A DNA stretch of 64,000 bases from the human T2T-CHM13v2.0 reference genome, Homo sapiens (GCF_009914755.1 NC_060926.1); one strand, 5' to 3'; positions 1 through 15,616 are shown, counted from the first letter of the stretch. Notes: generated from the letters alone by a model not told the origin. A program made the numbers and translations.

Positions 1-269
1 TGTTTGTAGTGTGTGGTATGGTTGGTTTTAGGGGCTATTTAGATTTACTGTTTCTTCTAGAAAGTTGTAGGTTTTTCTAAAAATGTATCCTTTTTGGTCA
101 TCGAGTTGTTTAAAATATTTTTATTTTCAAGTACTTGTTCTATTTGAACTTAGTCCCTTTTTTCTTTCCTGATATTGCTTATTTGTATCCTCTCTTGGTA
201 ATGTTTCTAGAGATGTGTCAACTTTACTAGTCTTTTAAAATAACTGACTTTTTGAACTTTTGCAAAAAT

Positions 270-1680
270 CAACTTTTATCAAAGTGCACAATAAAATTCA
301 CCCACTTAAAGGTGTTTGCTATGTTTGACGAAGATATTACCCTTGTAACTACCACCATAATTGTGTGTGTGGTTATAATAGTTCCTTCTTCTCCTCCTCC
401 CTCCCTCTCTCTTCCTCCTCCCTATCTTCCTCCTTCTCCTTTCACCCCTTTCTCTTTCTTCCTCCCTTCTTCCTTTCTTCCTTCCACAGTTCTGTCTTAA
501 AATGACCTATGTAGACTTGTGTCACCATCACCACAAAGGGTACAGAACAATTCCACTGCACCAACAAATTCCACCTGTGCTGCTTTTTTTTAAGAGTGGC
601 TCCCCACCCCGCATTGAGTATAAAGGCTTTGATTTTCATCAGTGTTGTGTCATTTATTCATTTTTATTGCTGAGTAGTTTTCCATGTTAGGTACCACAAT
701 ATTCTTAGCCATTAACCCACTGAAGCACATTTAGGTTGTTTATAATTTTTAGTGATTATGAATAAAACTATTAGAAACATTAGGTTTTTGTATGAACATA
801 AATATTCATCTCTGTAGGGTAAATATTGGAGTGAAATGGTTAGGTCATATGGTGAGTGTATGTTTACCTTTGTAACACAGGGCCAACCTTTTCCAGAATG
901 ATTAATTTTGTTTTCCCACCAGCAACGTATGAAGATGTGGTTGCTCCATAATTTGCCAACACCAGGTATTCTCATTGTTTTTATTTTATCCATTCTAGTA
1001 GATGTGTAGTGGTATCTCAATGTGGCTTCAATTTGCATTTCCTTAGTGACTAATGATGTTGAGCATCTTTTCGTGTGCTTATTGTCCATCTGTGTATCTT
1101 TGATGAAGTGTTCAAATCTTTTGCCATTTTAAAAGAATTCTATTGTTTGTTTTCCTAGTTTAGTTTTGTAGTTTGTGGCTTGTCTTTTTATTCTCTTTTA
1201 TTCAATTTTTATTTCAGTGTCTTTTATAAAGCAAAGGTTTTAAATGTTAATGAAGTCCAGTTTTTCCCTCTATGGACCATACTTTGGTGTCATATTTAAG
1301 AACCCCATCCCTAACTAATGTTTAGGAAATTTTTCTTCTAGTAGCTTAATGATAATGTTTTTCACTTACATCCATTTTAGGTAATTTTTATATAAGGTGT
1401 TAAATAAAGGCCCAGCTCATTGTTTTTACATGTGGTTATCCAGATGTTTCAGCATCATTTGTGGAAAACATAGTGTTTCTCCATTGAATTGCCTTTGCCC
1501 TTTTGTCAACAATTGATTGATCATAGTTAAGCGGGTCTGTTTCTCAGTTTTCTGTTCTATTCCATTGATCTATGTGTCCATCCCTTTGCCAAAGCCACAC
1601 ATTGTCTTGATTACTGTAGCTTTGTAGTAAATCTCAAAATCAGGTAATGTAAGCCCTTCAAATTTATTCTTTTTCTAATT
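270..1680 (-). mobile_element. Old L1M (L1MB/L1MC-like) 3' portion
   Basis: Minus ORF 712-1089 (KRCSTSLVTKEMQIEATLRYHYT) resembles the L1 ORF2 C-terminus; heavily decayed; CT-rich insert at ~385-485. Confidence 0.8.
385..485. repeat. Polypyrimidine (CT-rich) low-complexity tract
   Basis: About 100 bp of almost only C/T. Confidence 0.9.
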
Positions 1681-1837
1681 TATATGTTTCCACTGTCATA
1701 TATTTGTCTATATATTATGTCAAGTTTTACTTTATATATTTTGACACTCAGTTGTTATCCAAATACAGGCTAAGAATTGTCAAATCTCTGGTGATTTGAA
1801 TGTTTTCCCATTATGTAGCAACTTTCTTTAAACATAA

Positions 1838-2185
<348 letters not shown>

Positions 2186-2318
2186 TGAGATATAATTTAT
2201 ATACCATAAAATTCATCCATTTAAAATGTACAATTCAGTGCACAGAGTTGTATGACCATCACCACAATAAATCTTAGAACATTATCACCTCTAAAATAAA
2301 ACTTTTAGCTATAACTTC

Positions 2319-2680
2319 TGCTATGGTCTGTATGTTTGTGTACCCTCGAAATTCATAAGTTGCAATCCTAACCCCTAAGGTGATGGCATTAGGAGATGGG
2401 GCCTTTGGGAAGTGATTAGGTCAAGAGGGCATAGCCCTCATGAATGAGCTCAGTGCTCCTATGAAAGTGGCCCCAAACAGATCACTCACCCCTTCTCCCT
2501 TGTGAGGACACAATGAAAAGACAGTCATCTGTGAGCTAGAAAGTGGGTTCTCACTCACATTTCATTATGCTGGTGCCTTGGACTTCCCAGCCTCCAGAAC
2601 TGTAAGAAATCATTTATTGTTGTTTATAAGCTACTCAGTCTATGGTGCATTTGTTATGGCAGCTGGAACAGACTAAGGTA
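2319..2680 (+). mobile_element. MaLR solo LTR (MLT1A/MSTD-like) inserted in an L1MB 3' end
   Basis: Termini tgctatggtctg...gactaaggta; near TSD acttc/actcc. Confidence 0.75.
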
Positions 2681-2805
2681 ACTCCTAACTCCTCTATTCT
2701 CCCCAGCACTAGGCAACCATGAATACACTGTCTATGTTTGTAGATTTGCCTGTTCTGGACATTTCATATAAATGGAATCATACAGTCATCATACAGTATA
2801 TGATC

Positions 2806-3568
2806 TGGTGTGGTTTGAAGGTGTATTAGCCCATTTTCACGTGCTATAAATAACCGGAAACTAAGTAAGTTATAAGGAAAAGAGGTTTAATTGGCTCACG
2901 GTTCCACAGGCTTTACAGGAGGCGTGGCTGGGGAGGCCTCAGGGAGCTTACAATCATGGGGGAAGGCAAAGGGGAAACAGGCTCATCTTACATGGCCAGA
3001 GCAGGAGAGGGGGAAAGGTGCCACACACTTTAAAACAACCAGATCTCATGAGAACTCTTATCACAAGAATAGCACCAAAGGGGGAAATCTGCCCTCATGA
3101 TCCAATCGCCTCCAATCAGGTCCCACCTCCAACATTGAGGATTACAATTTGACATGAGATTTGGGCAGGGCCACAGACCCAAACCATATCAGAATGTGTC
3201 CCCTAAAGTTCATGTGTTGGCAGCTTGATCCCCAGTGAGGTGGTTCTGGGAGGTAGGGCCTAATGGGAGGTCAATGGATTATGGGGCCACCACCCTCATG
3301 AATGGATTAATACTATTCTCGTGAGAGTGGGTCTGTTATCACAGGAGTGGGTTCCTTACAAAAGAACAAGTTTGGCTCCCTCTTGCTCCTCTATTGCCCT
3401 CTCTTTGCCCTTTGGCCATGGAATGATGCAGCAAGAAGGCCCTCAACAGATACTAGCTCCTTGATTTTGGACTTCCTAGGCTCCAGAACGGTGAGGAAAT
3501 AAATTTCTATTCGCTATAAATTACCCATTATAGCATTCTGTCATAGCAGCACAAAAGGGGCTAAGACA
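2806..3568 (+). mobile_element. MaLR LTR (MSTC/D-like) interrupted by an inverted MSTA/B-like LTR at 2822-3191
   Basis: Outer termini tggtgtggtttgaa...ctaagaca with TSD tgatc/tggtc; inner termini tgtattag...ccaaaccatatca with TSD gaagg/gaatg. Confidence 0.8.
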
Positions 3569-3750
3569 TGGTCTTTGTGATTGGCTTCTTTCACTTACCA
3601 TAATGTTTTCATAAGGTTTATGTTATAGAATATATTAGTGCTTCATTTATTTTAAAAACATTCTTTCCTTTTTTAAAAAAATCTCAAATGTGATAGTACT
3701 TTTTTTATGTGGTAAAAAACACATAACATAAAATTTACCCTCTTAACCAT

Positions 3751-4692
3751 TGTCTTAGTTTGTTTTGTGCTGCCATAGCAGAATACCACAGATGGTAGTT
3801 TATAAGGGTGGAAAATTTATTGCCTCACAGTTCTGGAGGCAGGGAAGTTCGAGATCAAGGGGCTAGCATCTGATGAGGCCCTCCTTGCAGCATCATCCCA
3901 TGATGGAACATGGAAGGGTAAGAGAGACAGCAAGAGGAGACTGAACTCACGCTTTTGTAATGGCACCAGTTGCACCCACAAGGGTGAAGCCCTCATGGCT
4001 TAATCACCTCTTAAAAGGTCCTGCCTCTTTAAACTCTTAACACCGGCAATTAAATTTCAACATGAGTTTTGGAGGGGGTAAACATTCAAACCATAGCATT
4101 CCACCCCAGCTCCCCAAAACTTTAGTCCTTTTCACATACAAAATACATTCATTCCATCCCAATATCCCCAAAAGTCTTAACTGATTTCATAATCAACTTC
4201 AGATTCCAAAGCCCAGAGTCTCATCTAAAATCAGATATGGGTGAGACTCAAATCACTATTCATCCTAAGGCAAATTTCCAGCTCTGAGCCTGTGAAATTA
4301 AACAAGTTATGTGCTTCTGAAATACAATGGTGAGACAGTCATAGGATAGACATTTGCAATGCAAAAAGGAGACACAGAAAAAAAGAGAGGAGATCCTAAG
4401 CAAGTCCACTCTGTGGCTTTCCTGGGCTCAGTTCACACAGAAGCTCTCATGGGTTGAAATCTTGTTCCTGCAGCTCTCCCAGGCTGGTGTTGCACACTGG
4501 TAGCTCTACAGTTCTGGGGTCATGGGAATGGCCCTGCCCCCACAGCTCTTCTAGGCCTAGTGGGGGACTTTATGCAGTGGCTCTGATCCCACAGTTCCAC
4601 TGGGCATTGCCTTAGTGGGGTCTCTTTACAGTGGCTCCACCCCTGTAACAAGCCTCTGCCCCAGGCTGTTCATGACATCCTTGGAAATCTAG
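3751..4692 (-). mobile_element. MaLR LTR (3751-4098) plus adjacent MaLR internal sequence
   Basis: tgtcttagtt...caaaccatagca followed by internal-type ttccaccccagctccccaaaa...cacatacaaaatacattc. Confidence 0.75.
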
Positions 4693-5569
4693 GGCTACAT
4701 TTAAGATCAGGTCATCTGCAGATAATTTTATTTCTTCCTTTCCAATTTATTGCTTAATTACTCTTACTAGGACCTCTAGTACTATGTTGAATAGAAGTTA
4801 GTCTGGTGAGGATCGGTAGCTGATAAATTGTCAGTTTCTGTTGACTGATGACATTTCTGTTTCTGTTTGACATTTTTGCCTCAGTTCCTGAAATGTATTT
4901 TCACTGGATGTTAAGTTCTAGGCTGCTGTTATTTTTCTCTCATCTCTTTAAAGACAGTGTCCTACTTTGGTTCGACTTAGCTTCTTATGGTTTTATAATC
5001 ATGAATTGTGAGCTTACGTTTTACTGGCCTTAGTATGTAGGGATTCTGGAAGGCCTGTGTTGTGGGGTGTTTCTCTGAAGAAGAATTAAATAAATTTATT
5101 TCTTGAATTGAGATTTCCTGGACTAAGCAGGAAACATTACCTCAAATGCCAAACTCTCCTTGGGACAGGTCTGTGGTTATTGACTCACTAAGGGAAGAAC
5201 ACCCCATTCCCAACTCTCATCACCAAGTGTGGGGTTGCTTAGGCCCACGTGTCCCTGTGGGCCCCCATTTTTAGTGGTTAGATGCATTTTCTACCACCTG
5301 TTTCACTAAGGGTCTCAATCCACTGTGGTGTCCTGGATCCAAATCACTGCCCTGTTCATGCCCAGGTTCTGGTCTCCTGGCTTAAGTGGCTCTTGAGTCC
5401 CAAAGTCCCAGGGAGTTAAGAGTAGCATGCAAGGCAGGAAATTTCTGGTTTCTTTTGTCCTTATAAATGAAGTATTTTATTAAATGAATTATTTTTCAAG
5501 ACAATGAAATAATCGCTACCACAATTTATTGATATGGCCCTAGAAAGGAGGGACCTGAGGCTCCTCTCT

Positions 5570-5650
5570 CCTCCCTCCCCTCCCCTCCCTCCCTCCCTCC
5601 CTTCCTTCCTTCCTTCCTCCCTCCCTTCCTTCCTTCTTTCCTTCTCCTTG
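5570..5650. repeat. (CCCT/CCTT)n simple repeat
   Basis: Direct reading. Confidence 0.9.
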
Positions 5651-5792
5651 TTTTTTTCTTTCTAGCACATCTGCTTTATCTTTGTCTATGCATGTTTTCC
5701 TTTTGCTGAACTATTTGCGACAGGATTGCCGACATCATGACATTTTACTACTCATGTCCTGTATCTTACAAGAATATGTATCAGCATGTGTA

Positions 5793-6392
<600 letters not shown>

Positions 6393-6757
6393 TAATCGCA
6401 ATGCTGTTATTCAACCCAAACAATCTAACTCTGATGCAAGATTACTGTCTAACACACAGTTAGTTTAAATTTATCCACAGTTATCCCCAAATGTCATGTA
6501 CAGCTCCCTGTCCAATTTCCAATCAGTTGGGACACACTGCATTTATTTGTCCTGCCTCTTTAGTTTCCTTCAGTCTGGAATGGTCTTTCCACCTCGTTTT
6601 GTCTTTCATGACATTAATATTCTGAGAAGTCCAGACCAGTTGTTTTGTAGAATGTTCTACCATCTGCGTTTTCTGTCTATTTCCTCATGATTAGATCCAG
6701 ATTAAGCAATTTTGACAAGAAATCTACACATGTGTGATTTTCATTAAATGACAGGAG

Positions 6758-6911
6758 GGCTGGGCTTGGTGGCTGTCCTCTGTAATTTCAGCTATTCAGG
6801 AGGCTGAGGCAAGAGGATTGCTTGAGCCTGGGAGTTCAAGGTTATAGTGAGCTAGGATCATGCCACTGCCCTCCAGCCTGGGAACAGAGTGAGACCCTGT
6901 TTTTAAAAAAA
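6758..6911 (+). mobile_element. Alu monomer (FRAM/FAM-like)
   Basis: ggctgggcttggtggct...gagaccctg plus A-rich tail, single arm. Confidence 0.8.
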
Positions 6912-7259
6912 TTTTTTTTGCATCACATCAAGAGACTCAAGATGCCAATTTGTCCTGTTCCTAATGCTAAATTTGATTACTTTGTTCACATGTTGTCCAA
7001 ATTCTCTAGTTGTAATTAATAACTTTTCCCTTTGTACTTAATAAAATAATCTATGAATATCTTGGCTCCTAACAACTTTTCACCTAGTGTTTTTGCTTTC
7101 CATTGATGATACTTGCCTGAATCAATTATTACATTAGTGCCTACAAAATGGTGTTTTTATAATTCTGTTATTCCTCCCACATTTAGTGCAGGCATTCTCA
7201 TGAAAAGAGGAGCTTTCTATCTCCACTTTCCACCTGGTGGTTTTCTTTTTTTAATATAT

Positions 7260-7719
7260 TGTGAAAGGAAAATATCTTGGGCCCCCAAAATCATTAAGGA
7301 AAACTCAAGTTGGAAACTGCTTAGAGTAAACCTGCCTCCCATTCTATTCAAAGTTACCCCTCTGCTCACTGAGATAGATTCATATCTGATTTGCCTCTTT
7401 GGAAAGGCTAATCAGAAACTCAAAAGAATGCAACCATTTGTGTATCATCTGTCTGTGACCTGGAACCTCCCTCCCCACTTGCAGTCTTCCTGCCTTTTTT
7501 TCCAGTTGTCCCGCCTTTCCAGACCGGACCAATGTACTTCTTAATAGATTGATTGATGTCTCATGTCTTCCTAAAATGTGTAAAACTAAGCTGTGCCCCG
7601 ATCACCTTGGGCATGTGTCGTCAAGACTTCCTGAGGCTGTGTCATGGGCATGTCCTCAACCAGGGCAAAATAAACTTTCTAAATTAACTGAGACCTGTCT
7701 CAGATTTTCCAGGTTCACG
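7260..7719 (+). mobile_element. ERV1 solo LTR, MER4A1-like
   Basis: Starts tgtgaaaggaaaatatcttgggcccccaaaatc; AATAAA near 7669; ends ggttcacg; near TSD atat/gtat. Confidence 0.8.
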
Positions 7720-8487
7720 GTATCACTATGGGTCCATGGATTCCTTTTAAAGTTTTAATTGAGGGTTAACATTCGTAACATGTATAGATCTTCAGTATAT
7801 GCTTGGTGAATTTTTACATGTCTATAAACCCAGGTAACAACTAACCATACAGACCCTTTTCATTCTGCTGGAAGGCTCCTCCATGCCCTTCCCTTCCCAG
7901 TTAATCCACCCCACGCCACCCCACCTCATTGTCCCAATGCCTCACCTCCCCATCCCTGTGGGTGATCACTGGTTTGGTTTCTATCTCCTCTACTAGTTTT
8001 ATCTGTTTGAACATTATTTAAATAAGATCCTGTAGTATATACTCCTTTGTATCTGGCTTCCTTACCCCACATTTTGTATGATTCAACCATTCTGTATGTA
8101 TCAGTTGTTCTTTTTCACTGATGGTGTGGTATTCCACTGTAGGAATATACTACAGTTTGTTTATTCATTCTACTGTTGATAGATAATTGAATTGTTTCCA
8201 GTTTGGGGGCTCTCATGAATATAAGTGCTATGAACATTCCTAGTAAGCATATGCATTTCTCTTGGGTACATATACCTAGGAGTAGAATTCCTGAGTCATA
8301 GAGCAGACAGATGTTTAGCTTTAGAAGATAATGTCAAATGGTTTTGACTTTACCAGTTTACAGCACCTCTGTCAGCTAGGCATGAGTTCCAGTTTGTCAA
8401 CACTTTGTACTTTTAGTCTGTTACATTTTAACCATCTGGCTTATGTGCAGTGGTCTCTTCATACTGGTTTAAATTTTCATTTTTCTG

Positions 8488-8859
8488 TGGTATATATATA
8501 TATATACCATGGAATAAAAGGAATGAAATAATGGCATTCACAGCAACCTGGATGGAGTTGGGGACCATTACTCTAAGCGAAGTAACTCAGGAATGGAAAA
8601 CCAAACATTGTATGTTCTCACTTATAAGTGGGAGCTAAGCGATGAGGATGCAAAGACATAAGAATGATATAATGGATTTTGAGGACTCAGGGGGAAAGGG
8701 TGGGAAGGAGATAAGGGATAAAAGACTACACATTGGGTACAGTGTACACTGCTCGTGTGATGGGTGCACCAGAACCTCAGAAATTACCACTAAGGTACTT
8801 ATCCATGTAACCAAACACTACCTGTTCCCTCCAAAATTTGAAATATAAATAAATAAAAT
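8488..8859 (+). mobile_element. 5'-truncated L1PB-like 3' end
   Basis: L1 3' UTR with A-rich tail; 17-bp TSD aaattttcatttttctg at 8471-8487 and 8860-8876. Confidence 0.88.
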
Positions 8860-9454
8860 AAATTTTCATTTTTCTGAGTATTACTAATGTTGATCACTTT
8901 TTCAAGTATTTATTGGATATTGGTTATATTCTCTTTAAAAGTGACTGAATCTTTTATCCATTTAAAAAAATTCAGTGTTTTTAAGTTGCTTTGCGGAAGT
9001 TCTTTATCTGTATTCTTAATGCAAGTCCTCTGGTAGCTGTCTGCATTGGGAACATTGTCTCCCAGCACTCAGCGATGGTGAGACGGGAAGTGGCAGACCC
9101 CCGCGCTGGCTCCTCCGTCGCCGCCTCTGGGTGCCTCCCTGCTTCCGATGGGATGGAGGTTTCAGGCTCACTTTGTTCTTTCCTTGCACCAAATCTGGAA
9201 TCAGCCAAGGATCCTTGGTTCCTTTTAGTGAGGAATGACTATGTGTTTTTAAAGCTCTGGGGGTTGCTCTTATGTTTTCATGAGCTGATTTATGATGTTT
9301 TAATCCAGCATTTCCATTTTAAAGTGTGGGGAGTTGTAGAGAATGCCCACTTCACCCAGTGCTGACACGATAGTGTCTGTGAGTGCTTCTTAGCACTTAT
9401 GTTGCTGCTTATGTACAATTGGACCCCTTCCAACCTAAAAAAATATAAGGAAGG

Positions 9455-10020
9455 TCTCACACTACTGGTGGGAAGATAAAAATGCTACTACCACTTTGGA
9501 AAATGGTTTGATAATTTCTTATAAAGATACCCATTGACCCAGCAATCTGACTCCTGGATGTTTGCCCGAGAGAAATGAACACATATGTTCACAAAAAGAC
9601 TTCTTCAAGCATGTTCCTAGCAATGCTCTTCACAACTGGAAACAGCCCAAATGTCCATTAGCAGTATAATAGAAAAACAAATTACAGTGTATTCACACAA
9701 TGGACTACTCAACAATAAAACAAATGAGCTCATTTCAAAACCTCATGTTGAGTGAAAGAAGTCAGAACACTACAGTACGTATTACATTATTTCATTTATA
9801 TGAAACTCTAGAAAAGTCAGCACTGATCTATAGTGACAGAAAGTAGAAGAGTCACTGCTACTTTGAGGGGGACTGCCTGGGAAGGGGCAGAACAAACTTT
9901 CTAGGGCGATGACATTCCTTATCCTGATTGGGGTGTGCATACAACTGTGTATCTGTTTGTCAAAATTGTACAGTTAAGATTTACATATGCAATGTATATA
10001 AAATTTTCCTAAAATGCATA
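9455..10020 (+). mobile_element. Old L1ME/L1MC-like 3' fragment
   Basis: gacccagcaatctgactcctgg, aactggaaacagcccaaatgtcc and tgagtgaaagaagtcaga are L1M 3'-end motifs. Confidence 0.7.
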
Positions 10021-11615
10021 TAAATATGCGAGAGTGTGTGTATAAATTATGTCTCCAAGTGTAAAACAAAAAGGAAGGACAGAAATATTAACTGCCTAGC
10101 AAAAGCTTGAAGTTGGCTGAGTAGATCAAGTTAATTTAACTCCAGGGGAACATTTGGCAAAAGGGGAAACTGGAGTTCTCTGTACTATTACTGAGCTTCA
10201 GGGCTGTCATCCAGGGGCTCAGCTTTGGTTTTACTTTTTTTTAGGGATTTGTTTGCTTCAAGAACTTCCCTGTAGTTCCGTTCAGCCTCACCAGGTGGCA
10301 GTGTCATATCAGCTAGGGGCCTGAGAAAGGTCAGCTCTCAGGAGACCCTGGTGCTCTCTGGAGCAGCTGGAGAGCGGGTGCTATTGTGTCATCATCAGTG
10401 GTCTTTGAGCAGACTATGACTCATACTCATTCACCAGGCTTAGCTGGACATTTTTTATCTTTTTCCAAAAATTATATCTGGGGCACAAATGTGTCACATT
10501 TGCAGGTATTCAAAAGACTGTGCCTGAGGCCCCATGGAAAGCTGGGTGGAGGAAGAGCTCCCAAATCCAACATGTAAGCTTCCCCGAAATGGAAGACTTG
10601 TGTGCGGCATGATTCCCTGTGGAGGGGTTTGGAAACATGGAAATGATTTCCCTCCACAGAGACGTACTTCTGCGACTTTCGATTTTACCGGGGGGCCCTG
10701 GGCTTCACTGATGATTATTCACATGTATTGAGCATTTACCATGCATCAGGCACTGTTTTAATTGTTGAACATACATGATATCATTTCTGGTCTAGCAGGT
10801 AGGGACTATGAATATCCCAATTTTTCAGGAGAAGAAACAGATACCAAGGGGCATTGTGACATTCCAGTGCTTGTGAGAAGGCAGCTGGCCTGACCAGACA
10901 GTCCACTCCAGGCTACAATCCAGGCAGGGCGCCTGGGACACTCCTAGCCTAGTGGCTGAGCAGAATGATAGGAGAGAGATTTTGGCAAACATTTCCATTA
11001 CAGTATTTTGTTCTTCATCTCTTTAAAATCTTGGGTGGATTCCCCAGCTCAGTGTTTGTCTCTCTTGGTACATCTAGTGTACTTGGTGACATTGGAGCTT
11101 CCACTTACAGCCTATCTGCTTCAAAGCACACTGTAAGGAGGTCAGTCTCTTTAGAGGCTTTGTCTATGGACAGCAGCAACAACAGCAACAGGAAAAGGAT
11201 TCTATTTTATCATCGTTACTTAGCACATGTTTGTACCCTGGTCTTTTAAATGCTAATATAGACTGCTTTGAATATACCTATATATACATGTATGTATATG
11301 TATGTATTTAAGGGAATAGAGTTGCAGAAATATTCCTCCATTCCCTCTTGCTCGTTGTGTGGTGGAGGACACATAATGGGTACTAAGTACAGGTTTGCGA
11401 GCTGAATGGCCTGTTGAATTCTTGGCAAAAGGCACCTGAAATTATGTTTAGCTCCCTAGTTAGTTTGCCTCATTATGTGGGATGTCCTGTTTCCTGCCTG
11501 ATTGGTTTTGAAAGGCACTTTCCTGAGGGACGACTTCAGGTCACCTCCTGAGCCTCTGGTTTTATTTTCTGGAAGCACACCTTTGTCCAGAGTTTCTTTA
11601 AGGACTCCAAATTAG

Positions 11616-12272
<657 letters not shown>

Positions 12273-12503
12273 CCCTCCTTTGAAACTTCCCCCAACTCCT
12301 TTGAAATGTCTTGGGGGCTAATTTTTGTATTTTTTGTAGAAATGGTGTTTCACCATGTTGGGCAGGCTAGTCTGGAACTCCTAAGCTCAAGTGATCTGCC
12401 TGCCTTGGCCTCCCAAAGTGCTGGGATTACAGACATGAACCACTGTGCCTGGCTCATTTCTTAATTTTGAGAATAGGTCAGTTTTGTGAAATATGTGTGT
12501 CTT

Positions 12504-12618
12504 TTTTTGTTTTTTGAGACGGAGTCTCGCTCTTGTTGCCCAGGCTGGAGTGCAGGCGCGATCTCGGCTCACTGCAACCTCCGCCTCCCAGGTTCAAGCA
12601 ATTCTGCCTCAGCCTCCT
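12504..12618 (-). mobile_element. 5'-truncated Alu right-arm fragment
   Basis: Flanked by 24-bp direct repeat agttttgtgaaatatgtgtgtctt. Confidence 0.88.
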
Positions 12619-12770
12619 AGTTTTGTGAAATATGTGTGTCTTATTCCAGGAGGCAGTGGTGCAGGTGGGAGTAGGTGTCCATTTGGATGAGGTCTCCATA
12701 TGGCGCCAGCAGTCAGGCGCTCAATGAGGAGCATTTATTTGGAAACAAAAGAAAAACAAAGTGGTTATTA

Positions 12771-13660
12771 TGATTAGAAGAAGAACCCAGGAAAAGTAAT
12801 TTCTCTCTCTGACATTTTCCTATCCCTCTTTCACCTGCCCAAGGCAGGACTCTAATCTGATTGTGGGTCTAAGACCTTCATTTCAGAGAAGGTCCTGCCT
12901 CACTCACCCTGGAAGAAGGAGTGCCGCACAGAGAGGCCAAGGAGACTCTGGACGGACGGGCCTGGCAGGGCTTCCCACTCGGTCTGTTAGCATTTGATCA
13001 TGCTCTTCTTGTCCAATCACATTTCTACATGGTTGTTCAGGCTTCAGTCATGCCTATCCAATGAGGGTTCCATAAAAGGCCCAAGAGGACAGGGTAGGAG
13101 GTTCCAGATAGCTGAACACATGGGGGCTCACAGGAAGGTGAACAAAACTCTTTCCTGTGCCCAGAGGGTGGAGCACTCCAACTCCACGGGGGCCCTTCCA
13201 GACCTCACCCTGTATGTCTCCTCATCTGGCTGTTTACTTGTACCTTTTAAAATGTGCTTTGTAATAAACTGGTAAACAGAAGTGTTTCTCTGAAAACTAA
13301 CCCTCTTTGGGTTTTATTATCGTAATTTGCTGGAGCAGCTCACAGGACTCAGGGAAACACATGAATCTGGTGGGTCAGAAGTTCCAGAGGTCTGGACTTG
13401 TGGCTGGTTAGAAGGAGGGGAGGGCCTTGTGGGAGTGAGTTCTCACCTTGTGGTTTCTTGGGCTATCTCTGGGTGGACAGCATCAGAATTGAACTGAATT
13501 GGAGGTCACCCAGCTGGTGTCCGCTGCACAACTCATTGCTTGCTTGGCATGTGGGGAGAAATCCCCACACATTTGGTCACAGAAGTCTTCTGTGTTGGTT
13601 ATTGCTGAGGGAGAGAACAGGAAAAAGCAAACTGAGTGTTGTTTTTTTCCAGACTTTCAC
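12771..13660 (+). mobile_element. MER21-family LTR
   Basis: gatagctgaacacatgg, gtaataaactggtaaac and cacacatttggtcacagaagtcttctgtgttg motifs; boundaries approximate. Confidence 0.65.
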
Positions 13661-13836
13661 AAAGATTAATAATTGGACGCCTAGTCTCTGAGTTCAGAAG
13701 GCATCCAGTCAAGATTTCTAGAGTTGAGCTCAGAGCATCCTTGGATGATAGAATGGAGACAGCAGTTGTAGTTTAATGCACCTCCTGGTTTGCAGTTGGA
13801 ATGTCTTCAGTTATAGCACTGGATGTTCCAGTAAAC

Positions 13837-14135
<299 letters not shown>

Positions 14136-15616
14136 CCAGTAAACTTTCTCAGTGGCTCAGACAACAGCAGGCATGAAGTTTGTCCATATAGGATTTGTTG
14201 TGGTGATTTCTCTGAAGTTTATATCAAGTGGTCAAGTTTAGTTTGTTAGGGTTTCAGGAAAAGGGAAGTTTTACTTTTTAATGACTCCAAATCAGAAGGG
14301 CGGGAGAAAAATTGGAAATGTATAAAACCACAGGAGCCAGTTCAAAAGAGGAAGAAGCTCAAAGGTGGTGAATACAGTACTGTTCAACGCCTCCCCAGAG
14401 GTTGCAGCTTTAGTTGAAACAGAACTGTCTTCCTACAATCACCTCCATTTTCATCAGAGATCTCCTGAACTGCTTGGGCCCACTAGGAAGTAGCCTTCTT
14501 TATTCACCTGGAAGGCAGGGGACTCTGTGGGCAAGGAGTCAGGCTGGTTTAGTCAGGGGGCTTTACTGATTCCACGAAGTCACCTCTAGTTCCTTAAATC
14601 TGTCTGGTCATATCTGAAAATAGGACATTCCAGTCAAAGCCTTGGCAATATAGTTAATGTTTTCAAATTGTGTCTTGTTTTAGATTCTTGTTGAACCTAT
14701 GCAAACAACTATATTGCCATAAAAATAAGAATACTCAAAGTTTCCAGAATTCTGGAGGAATCAAGTAGGAAGTAAAGGAGAAATGTCTCAACGTTATTTA
14801 CAAAGGTATAATTTACCAGACTGCTGTAAGGTATAGATAGCTTAAGAGAAAAGAGAAAAGAGTTTCCTTAAATATGGTAAACAAGACATTAAAGAATCAC
14901 CAATGTTTTAAACAGTTATAAAAACTACAATCATCTTCTTTGGTTCATTTAGTTCCATGTAATTAATTCTCATTCTGCTCTATCTTGGATTAGCAGTTTT
15001 CTGAATCCATCCATTTTTTTCATTAGAGCTGTGGAAATTTTTACCACATTCAGTGGTATGATCTGAACATTGTCAGGAGCCTGTATCATTGCATAGTACT
15101 TGTCAGAGTCTTTCCATGAATCTCTTTGAAGATGAAACACTTTTGTCTGTAGCTGGTTGTAAGAGCTTTCAGGAAAGCATCAGAGTATAACAACTGTCTG
15201 TGATAGACAAAACAAACAAACAAAAAATAACAACCTTCTAGAATAGTCATGATTGAGGATATGGTGAGAGTTTACTATAATAGAGTTGGCAAGAAAATTT
15301 TATTATTTCTGTGGAATACAATACCTTAAGATACATAGAATTATGACTGATTATATGGACACTAAGGGCATTGAAAAATTTCTAGGAATTTCACATACAG
15401 GCATATGTCATTTTTATTGCACTTTGATTCTTTATTACACTTTGCAGATATTGTGTTTCTTACAAATGGAAGGTTTGTGGCCACCCTGCATGGGCACAAT
15501 TTATCCAACAGCATGTGCTCCCTTCGTGTCTCTGTGTCACATCTTGGTAATTCTCACAATATTTTAAACTTTGTCACCATTGTTGGATCTGTTATGGTCA
15601 TCTATGATCAGTGAGC

